Origin: Fibrobacterota bacterium
GTDB lineage: Bacteria; Fibrobacterota; OXYB2-FULL-49-7; JAEUSG01
Length of the DNA stretch: 64,000 nt
NCBI GenBank assembly: GCA_043802925.1
Contig: JAZDKP010000285.1
Span: 6,248 to 70,247, forward strand
Direction of reading: 5' to 3'
The notes under the pieces are model-generated. The model worked only from the letters and a program-made list of their open reading frames with translations. It was not told the DNA's origin and did no database searches. Of the stretch, positions 18,611-28,149 are shown one piece after another. The translations under genes were made by a program, and so were the position numbers. Every line of letters starts with the position of its first letter. The stretch's first letter is position 1.

Positions 18611-21600
18611 TCACTGGTAAACGTCGAGGAAGACCTCAGCGGTGAGCCCCGCGCTCAAATTGCCCATTTTCAGCAGGTTGTTGGCCGAGCCCGCGATCTC
18701 GATTTCGATCTTGTTCTTTTCGTTCTGAACGCACTTGGTGATGTCGGCCACGGCTGGTTGCCAGGGCAGCACGGAGATGGCCGTGCCGTTGACGCGGATG
18801 TTCATGCTGGTCTCAAAGTTCTTGAAACGCAGGAACGCGCGTTTGAAATGATCGGGTTTTTCGAAAATCTGGTGATACATCATGCGGCCCGCGTAAAACG
18901 GATAACCCTGGCCGGTCCAGGAGCCGTACTTGAGGGTCTCGGCCTTCTGGGTGACGAGCCAGCCCTTGTTGCCGCGCTTCATTTCAAAGTCGCCGAGGAA
19001 CACGGCCGGGTATTGCAGCATGAGCGGGGCAAAGCACGCACCGTAGGTCTTGAGCGTGATGCGGTTGAATCCGCGCTTGACATAGGCCGATACGTCGGCG
19101 CCAAAGCCGCGAAGGCCGCCGTAGACCATGGGCTTGAGCATCTCGTTCTCAACAAAGGGCCGCTCCCCGCGTCCAAAGTACTGCATGGGCTTGAGGGTGA
19201 CCCCGTTGAACGAGACCTCGACCGGATAGACGCCGGAGTCCTGGCCGTTGATGGATTGATTGAGTACCTGGTTGAGGAAAAAGAAGCTCTTGGCGGGCAC
19301 ATAGTCAACGTTGAGGTAGCTCTCGTAGAATACGTTGAAGCCCGAGTTGACCTCGCGGTTGCTGTTTATTTTCATGGACCAGCTGGTGAGGGGCTGGGCG
19401 TTCAGGTCAAGGGGCTGGTACTCCCATTCGTCCTTGAGGATGATGCGGTAGATGCGGCTGGAGTCTTCGACAGGCAGGGCGTTGGTGAACGGGGCCGGGA
19501 TTTTAACGTCGGACAGCACCAGCAGCGCGGCCTCTTCGGGCGCAAAGTTGTAGATGAAAGGCTTGACCGCGCCACTGTTGTCGGAACCGGAGAGCGAATA
19601 AAGCGCGGCCTTGTTGAGGTCGAGGTAGTAAAGATGGCCCTTGTCGTTGACCTTGACCTCCACCCGGGCGCTGTCGGTAAGCGACGTATTGAGGAGAAGG
19701 TAGTAGCGGCACTTTTTCTCGGACCAGGTGCGGCAGGTGATCCGTTTTTCGATTTCAGAGTCGGAAAAGAGCTCCACCGGCCGGTCCATGGACGGCTGGC
19801 AGAGGGTGCGCAGGGTCTCGAGTTCCTCAATTTTAGTCAGCTTGATGATGCCGCCGGGCATCTGGGCCTGAAGCCGTTCGAGGTTCTTGAGCAGCTTGGG
19901 GTCGCGTTCGCCCTCAAGCGTTTCGTAAGGCATGATGCCAAAGAAAAGGACCTTGCCGCCCTTGCGAACGAACTTTTCGAGGAAGCCGATGAATTTTTTG
20001 GGCAGGGCCGTGGTTTCGGGAATGATGAGCATGCGGTAAACGCCCTTGATTTTTGCGCCAATTTTTAGCACCGCTTCGCCCTTGGGGTTGAGCACAAGCT
20101 GGTTCATGAGTTCTTCTGTCAGGAAGCTGAAACGGATGTTGTCCGCGGCCATCTGTTTGACCAGCGCGTCAAAATGGGTGCAGCGCTGGCGGTAGGTGGT
20201 GAGGTTGGCGGGGTTATAGCAGCCGTAGAAGGATTCGCCCGGAAAGAGCACCGCGATTTCGTCGGTAAGGACCTGCGGCTCAAGGACCTGGTGTTTGCGG
20301 CGGAGATAAGTCAGGAATTCGCCGTAATGGCCAAAGTCGCCCGATTCCGTAAAGCTGTTCTGGGGCGCGCGCAGACCGCTTTTAAAGCGGAGCGAATAGT
20401 AGTTTCCGTCGATGAAGCGGGCGGAGAGGCCGGCCAGGCTCAGCTGATCGGACTCGTACTTGAGCTCCTTTAAGCTATGGCCGATGCCGTTGCGGTTGCG
20501 GCCCAGCACTGTGACCGCGTGGCCGTTGCCGTAGAAGCGTTTGAGGTCCGCAAAGAGCCGCGCAGAAGCGTAATTTTCAGAAGCAAAGGAAGCGCTGCCC
20601 GCAATTCCGTCGAGTGCGCATTTGGTAAGGACGGGCGTGTAGTCGAAGCGGAGCAGGGTTTCGCCGCTGAAAAGGTCGCCCGCGTTGAGCAGGAAAAAAG
20701 TCTCGAGCTTGTTTTTGACGCCAAAGTCCTGGACGGGCTTGATGAAATTATTGGTGAGAAGCCGGAGCAGTGTCTTGTAGTAAGTGCGCCGGATTTCGCC
20801 GTTTTTACGCGAGTAGTTATCGACAAAGAGCGCGAGAACCAGCGTCATAAGATCCGTATTGCAGAGAGACTTGAGGTTCTTGACAACCGACTCGGCCCAG
20901 GGGATGCCCCGGATTCCGGTGTCGGGCGCCACGTTGGGAAGCTCGATGAGCAGGCCGTTCAGGACGCCGGCCACCTCCTTGGGCTGCGTGCGCCGGAGGT
21001 CCATGAACGCCGCGTCAATGTAGGCCCTGGTGATTTCGATGTCGAAGCAGTTGATGGCGTAGCCGCCGATGGGCTTTTTATTATGAACGGTACGGAACAC
21101 GAAGATTCGCCAGTCGCCGGCGGGCATGTTCCATTGCAGTTCACGTCCTTTGAGTTGTAACGTAATGTTTTTTGCCGAGGTGAAATCAAGGAGCTTTTCC
21201 TTGAGCTTCATGGCAAAGATATAAACGATGTCGTCGTCGGCAAAGGTGTGCTGTATTTTTTTGGGGCCTTTGGTCTTGATGACCTCGGCGAGTGAAAGAT
21301 ACTGGAGCCGGAAATCGGGGAGCGCGGCCGTGAGCTCGGAGTGTACGCCCGGATGCGCGTACTGCAGGTCGTCGGCAAACACCACGGTCATGTTGCGCTT
21401 TTTGGCCTGGGCCAGGATGTGCCAGAGCATGGCCTTGAAGTCCGCGGACAGGTAGTCGGGAATGACGCCGTGTTCGGCCTTGACTGCAAAACGGGTGACG
21501 CCCTGTTCGGCCATTTTCTGGATTTGAGAAGTTAAAACATCTTTTTCAAGCTTATCGTTCAGGAGCCAGATTGGGATGGGAATCGTTGCCTTTACATTTG

Positions 21601-21640
21601 AAGACCCCATCTCTTTTAACATTCTTCTGATATTTGACAT
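18611..21640 (-). CDS. Large cytoplasmic protein, glycoside-hydrolase-like (GH106 / jelly-roll sugar-binding type) - function uncertain
   Basis: 1009-aa uninterrupted ORF with no signal peptide. The N-terminal IPIWLLNDKLEKDVLTSQIQKMAEQGVTRF resembles the TIM-barrel start of GH106-like proteins. The C-terminal part resembles a galactose-binding-like domain. The antisense 486-aa ORF is a GC shadow. Confidence 0.8.
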   Translation of the reverse strand: MSNIRRMLKEMGSSNVKATIPIPIWLLNDKLEKDVLTSQIQKMAEQGVTRFAVKAEHGVIPDYLSADFKAMLWHILAQAKKRNMTVVFADDLQYAHPGVHSELTAALPDFRLQYLSLAEVIKTKGPKKIQHTFADDDIVYIFAMKLKEKLLDFTSAKNITLQLKGRELQWNMPAGDWRIFVFRTVHNKKPIGGYAINCFDIEITRAYIDAAFMDLRRTQPKEVAGVLNGLLIELPNVAPDTGIRGIPWAESVVKNLKSLCNTDLMTLVLALFVDNYSRKNGEIRRTYYKTLLRLLTNNFIKPVQDFGVKNKLETFFLLNAGDLFSGETLLRFDYTPVLTKCALDGIAGSASFASENYASARLFADLKRFYGNGHAVTVLGRNRNGIGHSLKELKYESDQLSLAGLSARFIDGNYYSLRFKSGLRAPQNSFTESGDFGHYGEFLTYLRRKHQVLEPQVLTDEIAVLFPGESFYGCYNPANLTTYRQRCTHFDALVKQMAADNIRFSFLTEELMNQLVLNPKGEAVLKIGAKIKGVYRMLIIPETTALPKKFIGFLEKFVRKGGKVLFFGIMPYETLEGERDPKLLKNLERLQAQMPGGIIKLTKIEELETLRTLCQPSMDRPVELFSDSEIEKRITCRTWSEKKCRYYLLLNTSLTDSARVEVKVNDKGHLYYLDLNKAALYSLSGSDNSGAVKPFIYNFAPEEAALLVLSDVKIPAPFTNALPVEDSSRIYRIILKDEWEYQPLDLNAQPLTSWSMKINSNREVNSGFNVFYESYLNVDYVPAKSFFFLNQVLNQSINGQDSGVYPVEVSFNGVTLKPMQYFGRGERPFVENEMLKPMVYGGLRGFGADVSAYVKRGFNRITLKTYGACFAPLMLQYPAVFLGDFEMKRGNKGWLVTQKAETLKYGSWTGQGYPFYAGRMMYHQIFEKPDHFKRAFLRFKNFETSMNIRVNGTAISVLPWQPAVADITKCVQNEKNKIEIEIAGSANNLLKMGNLSAGLTAEVFLDVYQ

Positions 21641-22255
21641 TTTAGCTCCATTTTAAAGAAATAAAAAACTGAAGAATGAAATATAACTTAAACTGTCTAT
21701 TAAAGTCAAGTTATTTCATTGAATTAGCTTGAGATAGAATTAGCTTTATCGCTTAACGATGTGTTTCGAAAAATTGATACTGTTAAGCAAACTTCGACAC
21801 AAACAACATACTATAAATATTATACATCAGCATATATATCAACGTATTAAAGGCATATCCATGAGCGTCTATAAGTAATTCTTTATCAAACCGTGATGCA
21901 CAGGATTTATTTCATCCTTTAGCTGCCATTCCATAAACATTGTAAACTTGCTTTCAGCGGCCAGGACGGCCGCCACTCTTGTTTTGCGCTCATTTTTTCT
22001 GCAAACTTTTCCGTTTTTCCAGGTCCAACTTATCATCCATGTCCGAAATCACCCCGCTCAATTCAAGGCGGGATTGTGATTCGGTAGGGATTGTTACCCC
22101 ATAAAACAAGAGGCAGGTTTCATTTCGAGAGAAACCGGCTTCTTGTTTCTCTATTCAGCCATCGCAATCGTGTACGAAACAACCCACGGCCCGTCTTGTC
22201 TTTCCCAAAATAAAACACCTATATTCCTAAAAACCATGAAGCCCGAGCCAACCCC

Positions 22256-23776
22256 ATGATTTCAGGACACAAACCCGCGCCCAGGGTCCTTCTGATCAAT
22301 CCTCCGTTTGTCATGCCCGTGGCGGCCAAAACACCCTATCCCCCGCTCGGGCTCGCCTATCTCGCGGCTTGCCTGGAACGCGACGGCTGTACCGTGGCCG
22401 TGCTCGACGCCTATGTCGAGGGCGCGGACCACGTCGCACAGTACAACGGGCAATGCGTGGTGGGCCTTCAGGACGCTGAGCTCGCAACGCGGATAAGTGA
22501 GTTCCGGCCTGATATCGTTGGTCTTTCCTATAACTTCACCCATTTTCACGACCCCCGGTTCGACACGGCCCGCGTTGCAAAGGAAGCGGCTCCAAAGGCC
22601 CTCGTTGTCTGCGGCGGCCACCATGTGACCATGGACTGGGCCCGTGCCATAGAAAACCCGTTTGTGGACATGGTGGTCCTGGGCGAAGGCGAGGAGACCC
22701 TGGTTGAAATCGCGCAACGGTGGAATGAAGGAAAGGAACGGACGGACATTCCGGGCACAATTGCAAAACGCAATGGCGCGATGACGGACAACGGGTTCAG
22801 GCCCCCGGTCGCGGACATCGACAAACTCCCGCTTCCCGCTTATCACCTTCTGCGCATGGACCTGTACCTCACGGACCAGCGGAAGAATCTTTTTCCCTTT
22901 GCAATGCGCGAACCCATCGGCTTTTTGATTGCAAGCCGCGGCTGTCCTTACCATTGCATTTTCTGCAGCACCTCCAAAGTGTTCAAGAAATTCCGGGCGC
23001 GCAATCCGGAACGGGTCGTGGAGGAAATCACCCTGCTCATGACCCAATACGGCGTCCGGGAAATCGCGTTTCAGGACGACTGCTTTCTCGGAAACCTGGG
23101 CGCCGTGGAACGGCTCTGCCGTATCCTGGTGGAAAAAAAGCTCCGCATCAAATGGACCGTACCGCCCGGGCTGCCGGTCTGGCGCGTCAAGCCCGAACTG
23201 CTGCGCCTGATGCGCGACGCGGGCTTTTACCGCGCCTGCTTTCCCATTGAGACCGGATGCCCGGAGACGCTGCGTTTTATCCGCAAGCCCGTGGACCTTG
23301 ACGGAGCGCTCGCGACCGTGGCCCAGGCCAACCGGCTCGGGCTTTGGACCTACGGCAACCTGGTCCTCGGCTTTCCGGACGAGACCCCGGCACAAGTGGA
23401 AGAATCCGTACGGTACTTCATGCGTTCAGGTCTGGACATGCTGAGCGTATACATCTGCCAGCCCCATGCCGGAAGCGAGTTGTACACCGAATACCTCCGG
23501 CTCGGCCTGCTGAAGGAGGGACCCCGTGCCGGAAGCAATATTTTCGAGACCCGCTATGACACCCGCCATTTTACGGCCGCGGAATTGAACCGGCTGCGCG
23601 GGCGGGTGCTGTCGGACTTCATGCGGATGCGCATCCGCTCGCTGTTCACATGGCATGGCCTGCGCGCGCATCTACTGAACAAGATCCGTTCGTTTGAGGA
23701 CTTCCGGTACCTGCTTCATATCGCCCGGCATGTAATTGTGCAGAGCATCCGGCGGAAGGCCCTGCGGTATTTTTAG
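22256..23776 (+). CDS. B12-binding (class B) radical SAM protein
   Basis: N-terminal cobalamin-binding-like domain (VLLINPP...PPLGLAYLAA...IVGLS). Radical SAM cluster motif SRGCPYHCIFCS. 506 aa. Confidence 0.88.
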   Translation: MISGHKPAPRVLLINPPFVMPVAAKTPYPPLGLAYLAACLERDGCTVAVLDAYVEGADHVAQYNGQCVVGLQDAELATRISEFRPDIVGLSYNFTHFHDPRFDTARVAKEAAPKALVVCGGHHVTMDWARAIENPFVDMVVLGEGEETLVEIAQRWNEGKERTDIPGTIAKRNGAMTDNGFRPPVADIDKLPLPAYHLLRMDLYLTDQRKNLFPFAMREPIGFLIASRGCPYHCIFCSTSKVFKKFRARNPERVVEEITLLMTQYGVREIAFQDDCFLGNLGAVERLCRILVEKKLRIKWTVPPGLPVWRVKPELLRLMRDAGFYRACFPIETGCPETLRFIRKPVDLDGALATVAQANRLGLWTYGNLVLGFPDETPAQVEESVRYFMRSGLDMLSVYICQPHAGSELYTEYLRLGLLKEGPRAGSNIFETRYDTRHFTAAELNRLRGRVLSDFMRMRIRSLFTWHGLRAHLLNKIRSFEDFRYLLHIARHVIVQSIRRKALRYF

Positions 23777-23853
23777 ATTTGCCTGGAACGATAGGTTTCT
23801 AAAATCAGGCGCTTGCATATTATATCCAACAATATTATATTTAAGAATATAAT

Positions 23854-25269
23854 ATGAAATTCCTAAACCGTTCCGAAGAACTAACCCGTCTCAACACTCT
23901 TGCCAAACGTAACGACGGCGGGCTCGCTGTAATCTGGGGCCGCCGCCGAGCCGGAAAAACCCGGCTGCTGACCGAATGGGTTGACCGTCACGGAGGCTGC
24001 TATCTGGTTGCGGATCGTTCCGCTCCGGATATCCAACGCCAATATCTTGCCGAGGAACTCTCAACCCGGCTGCCCGGCTTTAACGAAGTGGTTTATCCAA
24101 CCTGGGCGGCTTTCCTGAACCGCCTGGCCGCGGATGCCGCACAGAAAGGTTTTAAAGGCCCTGTCGTTTTGGATGAACTGCCCTATTTGGTGGAGCATAG
24201 TCCGGAACTTCCCAGCGTGCTGCAGCGATTTGTGGATCACGATGCAAAGAAAGCGGGGTTGATACTCGCCATCGCAGGTTCGAGCCAGCGAATGATGCAG
24301 GGTATTGTTCTCAACCGTACGGCTCCGTTGTTCGGCAGGGCCGGTGAAAACCTAAAAATCAGACCCCTGAAAGCGGGTTATCTCCTGGATACGCTGGCCA
24401 AAAATCCCGTGGACGCAGTCGAATGGTATGCGTTGTTCGGCGGCATCCCTTATTATTGGGAGCTGGCACTGGCATCCGGGATGGAAAACACCGTCCAAGT
24501 GGCCGACAGGCTTGTGCTTTCACCTCTGGGTGTATTGCATTCGGAACCCGAAAGGCTTCTTTCGGAAGAAATGCCATCGGCTTCTTTTGCGCGACCGGTG
24601 CTGGACGCCATCGGGATGGGCGCCCACAGGGTTTCGGAAATAGCCGGCCGTATCGGTGTGCCGGCCACGGCTCTGGCGCCGTCCCTGACCCGTCTCATGG
24701 ATATGGATCTATGCGTCAGGGAAGTGCCGTTCGGCGAATCCGAAAAAAGCGGAAAAAAGTCCCAATACAGGCTCATCGATCCGTTTCTGCGTTTCTGGTT
24801 CAAAGTTGTCGGGCCGCACCGTTCGCTTCTGTCGCATGCGCCGGCCCGGGTCCGGATTGAACTTTTCAAAAAGACGGCACCAGCGCTTTGCGCTGAATCA
24901 TGGGAGGAATTATGCCGTGACGCGGTTCCATCCCTGGAAAAAGGATCGCCGGTTTCGGGGTTCGGCCCCGCGTTAAGATATTGGACTCCAAACGGACCGG
25001 AATGGGATATCGTGGCTGCTTCGCAAGACGGTTCAACATTGCTTCTGGGTGAAGCGAAATGGAGCAAAAAGCCTTTCACACCCAATGAGATAATTAGAAC
25101 CCTGAATGAATTGAAGGCAAAAGGTATTCCCAATAAATTACAGGGCCGGTATAATAAAGCAATCTATTGTGTTTTTGTTCCTGTGTTTGACAAAACATTG
25201 AAAACACAGCGCGATTGTGCCGTCATTAACGCTAAAACAGTCCTGGATTCGCTCCGAACCGCAGATTAA
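23854..25269 (+). CDS. AAA+ ATPase of the archaeal-ATPase (ATPase_2) + DUF234 type
   Basis: F.NR.EEL..L, Walker A GRRRAGKT, Walker B VVLDELPYL. The C-terminal winged-helix/DUF234-like region ends with a nuclease-like EAKWS motif (LLLGEAKWSKKP). Confidence 0.78.
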   Translation: MKFLNRSEELTRLNTLAKRNDGGLAVIWGRRRAGKTRLLTEWVDRHGGCYLVADRSAPDIQRQYLAEELSTRLPGFNEVVYPTWAAFLNRLAADAAQKGFKGPVVLDELPYLVEHSPELPSVLQRFVDHDAKKAGLILAIAGSSQRMMQGIVLNRTAPLFGRAGENLKIRPLKAGYLLDTLAKNPVDAVEWYALFGGIPYYWELALASGMENTVQVADRLVLSPLGVLHSEPERLLSEEMPSASFARPVLDAIGMGAHRVSEIAGRIGVPATALAPSLTRLMDMDLCVREVPFGESEKSGKKSQYRLIDPFLRFWFKVVGPHRSLLSHAPARVRIELFKKTAPALCAESWEELCRDAVPSLEKGSPVSGFGPALRYWTPNGPEWDIVAASQDGSTLLLGEAKWSKKPFTPNEIIRTLNELKAKGIPNKLQGRYNKAIYCVFVPVFDKTLKTQRDCAVINAKTVLDSLRTAD

Positions 25270-25281
25270 AGGATATCCCTC

Positions 25282-25860
25282 TTGAACCGGCGCGCATTGA
25301 TACGGAAAATTATCACAGGGGAAGTGCTGGACGTGGGCTGCGCCTACGGGCAACTGCACGCCTATATCCGGTCCATGCACAAGGCCGGGCGGGTGCATGG
25401 ACTTGACATCGCACCGTCACCCTGGCCGGACACCGTGATCGGTGACGCCTGCGCACTCGATACGCGCTTTGCGGCCGGCACGTTCGACACCGTCATCGCG
25501 GGCGAAATCATTGAGCATCTGCCCGACCCGCCGCGCTTTCTCCGCGCCTGTTGGGCCGTGCTCAAACCGGGCGGGCGGTTACTTGTCACCACGCCCAACC
25601 TGGACTCCTGGGGCCTCGCGGTCTGCTCGCACGGCCGTCACAGCGAACATATTTCACTGATGACCACGCAAACGCTGCGCGAGAGAGTGGAACAGGCGGG
25701 GTTTAAAATCCTGGAGCTTTATGTGACCTGGTACCGTCCCGAAAGCACGCCCGGAACCAAGTGGTACCTTAAACCGTTGTTTCCCGTGCGCGCACTGCTA
25801 AACGCGCTTTTACCAAAACGCTGGCATGAACAAACCGTGCTGCTGGCGGAAAAAACCTGA
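25282..25860 (+). CDS. Class I SAM-dependent methyltransferase (small, Methyltransf_11-like)
   Basis: TTG start. VLDVGCAYGQL (motif I), GLDI, VIAGEIIEHLPDP, LKPGGRLLVTTPN. Confidence 0.8.
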   Translation: MNRRALIRKIITGEVLDVGCAYGQLHAYIRSMHKAGRVHGLDIAPSPWPDTVIGDACALDTRFAAGTFDTVIAGEIIEHLPDPPRFLRACWAVLKPGGRLLVTTPNLDSWGLAVCSHGRHSEHISLMTTQTLRERVEQAGFKILELYVTWYRPESTPGTKWYLKPLFPVRALLNALLPKRWHEQTVLLAEKT

Positions 25861-25863
25861 AAA

Positions 25864-26784
25864 CTACTTTTCGATGCGCACGATGTCGCCGAGGCGGATG
25901 TTGCCCTCTTTTTTGACCACCGTGGCACGGGAGAAATGGCCGGCCTCCACAAACCCCACGCGGATTTGCCCCACGTAGCGCTCGGACAGGCCGAGGAATT
26001 CATGCGTATCGGGGTCCCGGATGGAATCCCCCTTTGTGAAGACCTTAAAGACATCCCCCGGTTCCACGTTGTCGGAGGAGCCGGCGTTGATGTAGATGTC
26101 CGTGGCCGTGACCTCCACGACCTTGGCGTTCCGGATAAGCTTTTTGTCCTCGCCCTTGCGGGCCACGGTTTCGGGGAGCTTTAAAAGGAGCCCCTGGAAC
26201 TTTTCCAGCACCTCCTTCATCATGGCCCCCGCAATGGTCCGGTCAAAGGCCTCGGAGCCGAACCGCGCGAAGTTGAGGCTGTCAAACAGCGCCTCGTCCT
26301 TGGAGATCCGGCCCAGGTTTACCGACGTGTTGGTCTCGCGTTTGCGCGAATCAAACTCCTCGCTGTAAATCGTTTCATTGGCCCGGGCGCTGAACACGCG
26401 CACTTTGAGTCGTATCTCGGCGGAAAAGCTTTTGATGCCCCCGTACTTGCCCTCGCCCAGAATGCGCTTCATGGCATGGAACTCCATGATGCGGGCGTCA
26501 ACAAGGAAGTCCGCGCCAAACGCCTTGGCAATCTGACGCTTCTGTGTTGGCGAATTGACAAAGCGCGGCAAACCACTCGCCTTCAGGTAATCGTCCAGGG
26601 AGTCCGCGGGGATCATGTGATAGGTCTGCCCCAGTCCCTTTTCGAGATAGCGCGGAATTTCGAGGCCCAGGTTCCAGCGGCCCTTGTACTTGCTTTCGTT
26701 AAGGAAGGGCAGGATGCCGATGCGCGCGGCAGACAAAGGGCCGGCGAGGCAAAGCCATGCGGCTAAAAGAAGGAAGCGTTTCAT
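25864..26784 (-). CDS. Secreted envelope protein, CsgG/LpoB-like N-terminal domain plus FlgT_C-like beta domain (tentative)
   Basis: Signal peptide MKRFLLLAAWLCLAGPLSA. RIGILPFLNES pattern. The C-terminal AKVVEVTATDIYINAGSSDNVEPGDVFKV...GDIVRIE is a beta-barrel-like module. Start is contiguous with the argH stop. Confidence 0.55.
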   Translation of the reverse strand: MKRFLLLAAWLCLAGPLSAARIGILPFLNESKYKGRWNLGLEIPRYLEKGLGQTYHMIPADSLDDYLKASGLPRFVNSPTQKRQIAKAFGADFLVDARIMEFHAMKRILGEGKYGGIKSFSAEIRLKVRVFSARANETIYSEEFDSRKRETNTSVNLGRISKDEALFDSLNFARFGSEAFDRTIAGAMMKEVLEKFQGLLLKLPETVARKGEDKKLIRNAKVVEVTATDIYINAGSSDNVEPGDVFKVFTKGDSIRDPDTHEFLGLSERYVGQIRVGFVEAGHFSRATVVKKEGNIRLGDIVRIEK

Positions 26785-28149
26785 TTATCCCTTTTTCAGC
26801 GCCATCACGATGCGCCGCGCTTTTTTAAGCTGTATAGCCACTGACGCAGGACCCGTGCCGCCGGGGAGCGAACGGGCGCACACGCTTGCCTCGAAGGTCA
26901 GTGACAGCGTATCCGGGAAACGGGAGGAATAGGCCGTAAGCTGGCGGCGTGTGAGCGAACGCAGCGAAACGCCCTTTTCGCGGCAGTCACGCACGATATT
27001 TCCCACGACCTTGTGGGCATCGCGGAAGGGCAGTCCGTTGCGCGTGAGCGCGTCCGCGAGGTCCGTGGCCAGCATGTCGTCGGTGAGTGATTGCGCAATG
27101 GCGTCACGGTGGACGGTAAGCGTAGCCAGCACGCCGGTGAAAATGCGCAAGCAGCCCGAGAGCGTGTCCACGGTGTCAAAGAGCGGCTCCTTGTCCTCCT
27201 GCAGGTCCTTGTTGTAGGTGAGAGGCAGCCCCTTGACAACGGTGAAGAGCCGCGCGAAGTTGCCGAACAGACGGCCCGATTTTCCGCGGATAAGTTCGAG
27301 GGAGTCCGGGTTCTTTTTGTTGGGCATCATGCTGCTGCCCGTGGAATATGCGTCCGAAAGCTCGAAAAACCCATAGCCGGGCGAGGAAAAGATGACAAGG
27401 TCTTCGGCAAAGCGCGAAAGGTGCGAACCCAGGATGGCGGCGGCTGAGAGGAACTCGAGCAGATGGTCGCGGTCACTGACCGCGTCCATACTGTTGTCGG
27501 AAATACGGGAAAAACCGAGTGCGCGCGCAACAAGGGTGCGGTCGAGGTTAAAGCCCGACCCGGCAAGCGCGCCGGAACCCAGCGGCATAACATCGAGACG
27601 CTCAAGGCAGTCGGTCAGGCGGGCCGCGTCGCGCTCGAGCATGAAGAACCAGCTTAAGAAATAATGGCCCATAAGCACGGGTTGCGCGTACTGCAAGTGG
27701 GTGAAGGCGGGCATGACGACGCCCCTGTTCTTTTCCGCGAGCCCGAGGACCTTTTCCATGGATTGGGCCAGGAGACGCCGGATGCCGGCGATTTCCCGTT
27801 TGACGTAGAGCCGCGTGTCGAGCGCCACCTGGTCATTGCGCGAACGGCCCGTGTGTATCTTTTTTCCGGCTGCGCCGATGCGCTCGGTAAGCAGCCGCTC
27901 CACGGCCATGTGGATATCCTCATCGGACTTGAGAAACCGGACGCGGCCTTCGTCCTTTAATATGGATTGAAGCCCCGCGGTTATTTTAGCGGCTTCACGC
28001 GATGTGAGCACACCGCATTTTTTGAGCGCCCGGGCATAGGCGAGACTGCCCGCAATGTCGTCGCGGAAGAAGCGTTTGTCAAAATCGAGCGAACGGTTAA
28101 AGGCCTCCATATCGGGATCGTTCTTTCCCGCGAAACGTCCTTCCCACAT
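26785..28149 (-). CDS. argH: Argininosuccinate lyase
   Basis: MWEGRF start (alternative upstream ATG at 28200). Fumarate-lyase signature GSSMMPNKKNPD. Full-length delta-crystallin/ASL pattern. Confidence 0.95.
   Translation of the reverse strand: MWEGRFAGKNDPDMEAFNRSLDFDKRFFRDDIAGSLAYARALKKCGVLTSREAAKITAGLQSILKDEGRVRFLKSDEDIHMAVERLLTERIGAAGKKIHTGRSRNDQVALDTRLYVKREIAGIRRLLAQSMEKVLGLAEKNRGVVMPAFTHLQYAQPVLMGHYFLSWFFMLERDAARLTDCLERLDVMPLGSGALAGSGFNLDRTLVARALGFSRISDNSMDAVSDRDHLLEFLSAAAILGSHLSRFAEDLVIFSSPGYGFFELSDAYSTGSSMMPNKKNPDSLELIRGKSGRLFGNFARLFTVVKGLPLTYNKDLQEDKEPLFDTVDTLSGCLRIFTGVLATLTVHRDAIAQSLTDDMLATDLADALTRNGLPFRDAHKVVGNIVRDCREKGVSLRSLTRRQLTAYSSRFPDTLSLTFEASVCARSLPGGTGPASVAIQLKKARRIVMALKKG

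Noticed and set aside
18608-20068. 486-aa plus-strand ORF
   Set aside because: It lies entirely antisense to the 1009-aa minus-strand gene. The translation is Gly/Ala/Val/Leu-rich with no recognisable motifs, as expected for a GC-rich shadow frame.
21950-22255. Possible cobalamin riboswitch upstream of the B12-radical-SAM gene (CGGCCGCCACTCTTG resembles a B12 box)
   Set aside because: Only a partial GCCACT match. The conserved upstream GGTG/AATCC elements and the multi-helix junction are not visible. It cannot be supported without an Infernal scan.
22236-22259. 7-codon uORF MKPEPTP whose TGA overlaps the radical-SAM ATG (ATGA)
   Set aside because: Too short to evaluate and no RBS is obvious. 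It could be chance. Not called as a RiPP precursor or leader peptide.
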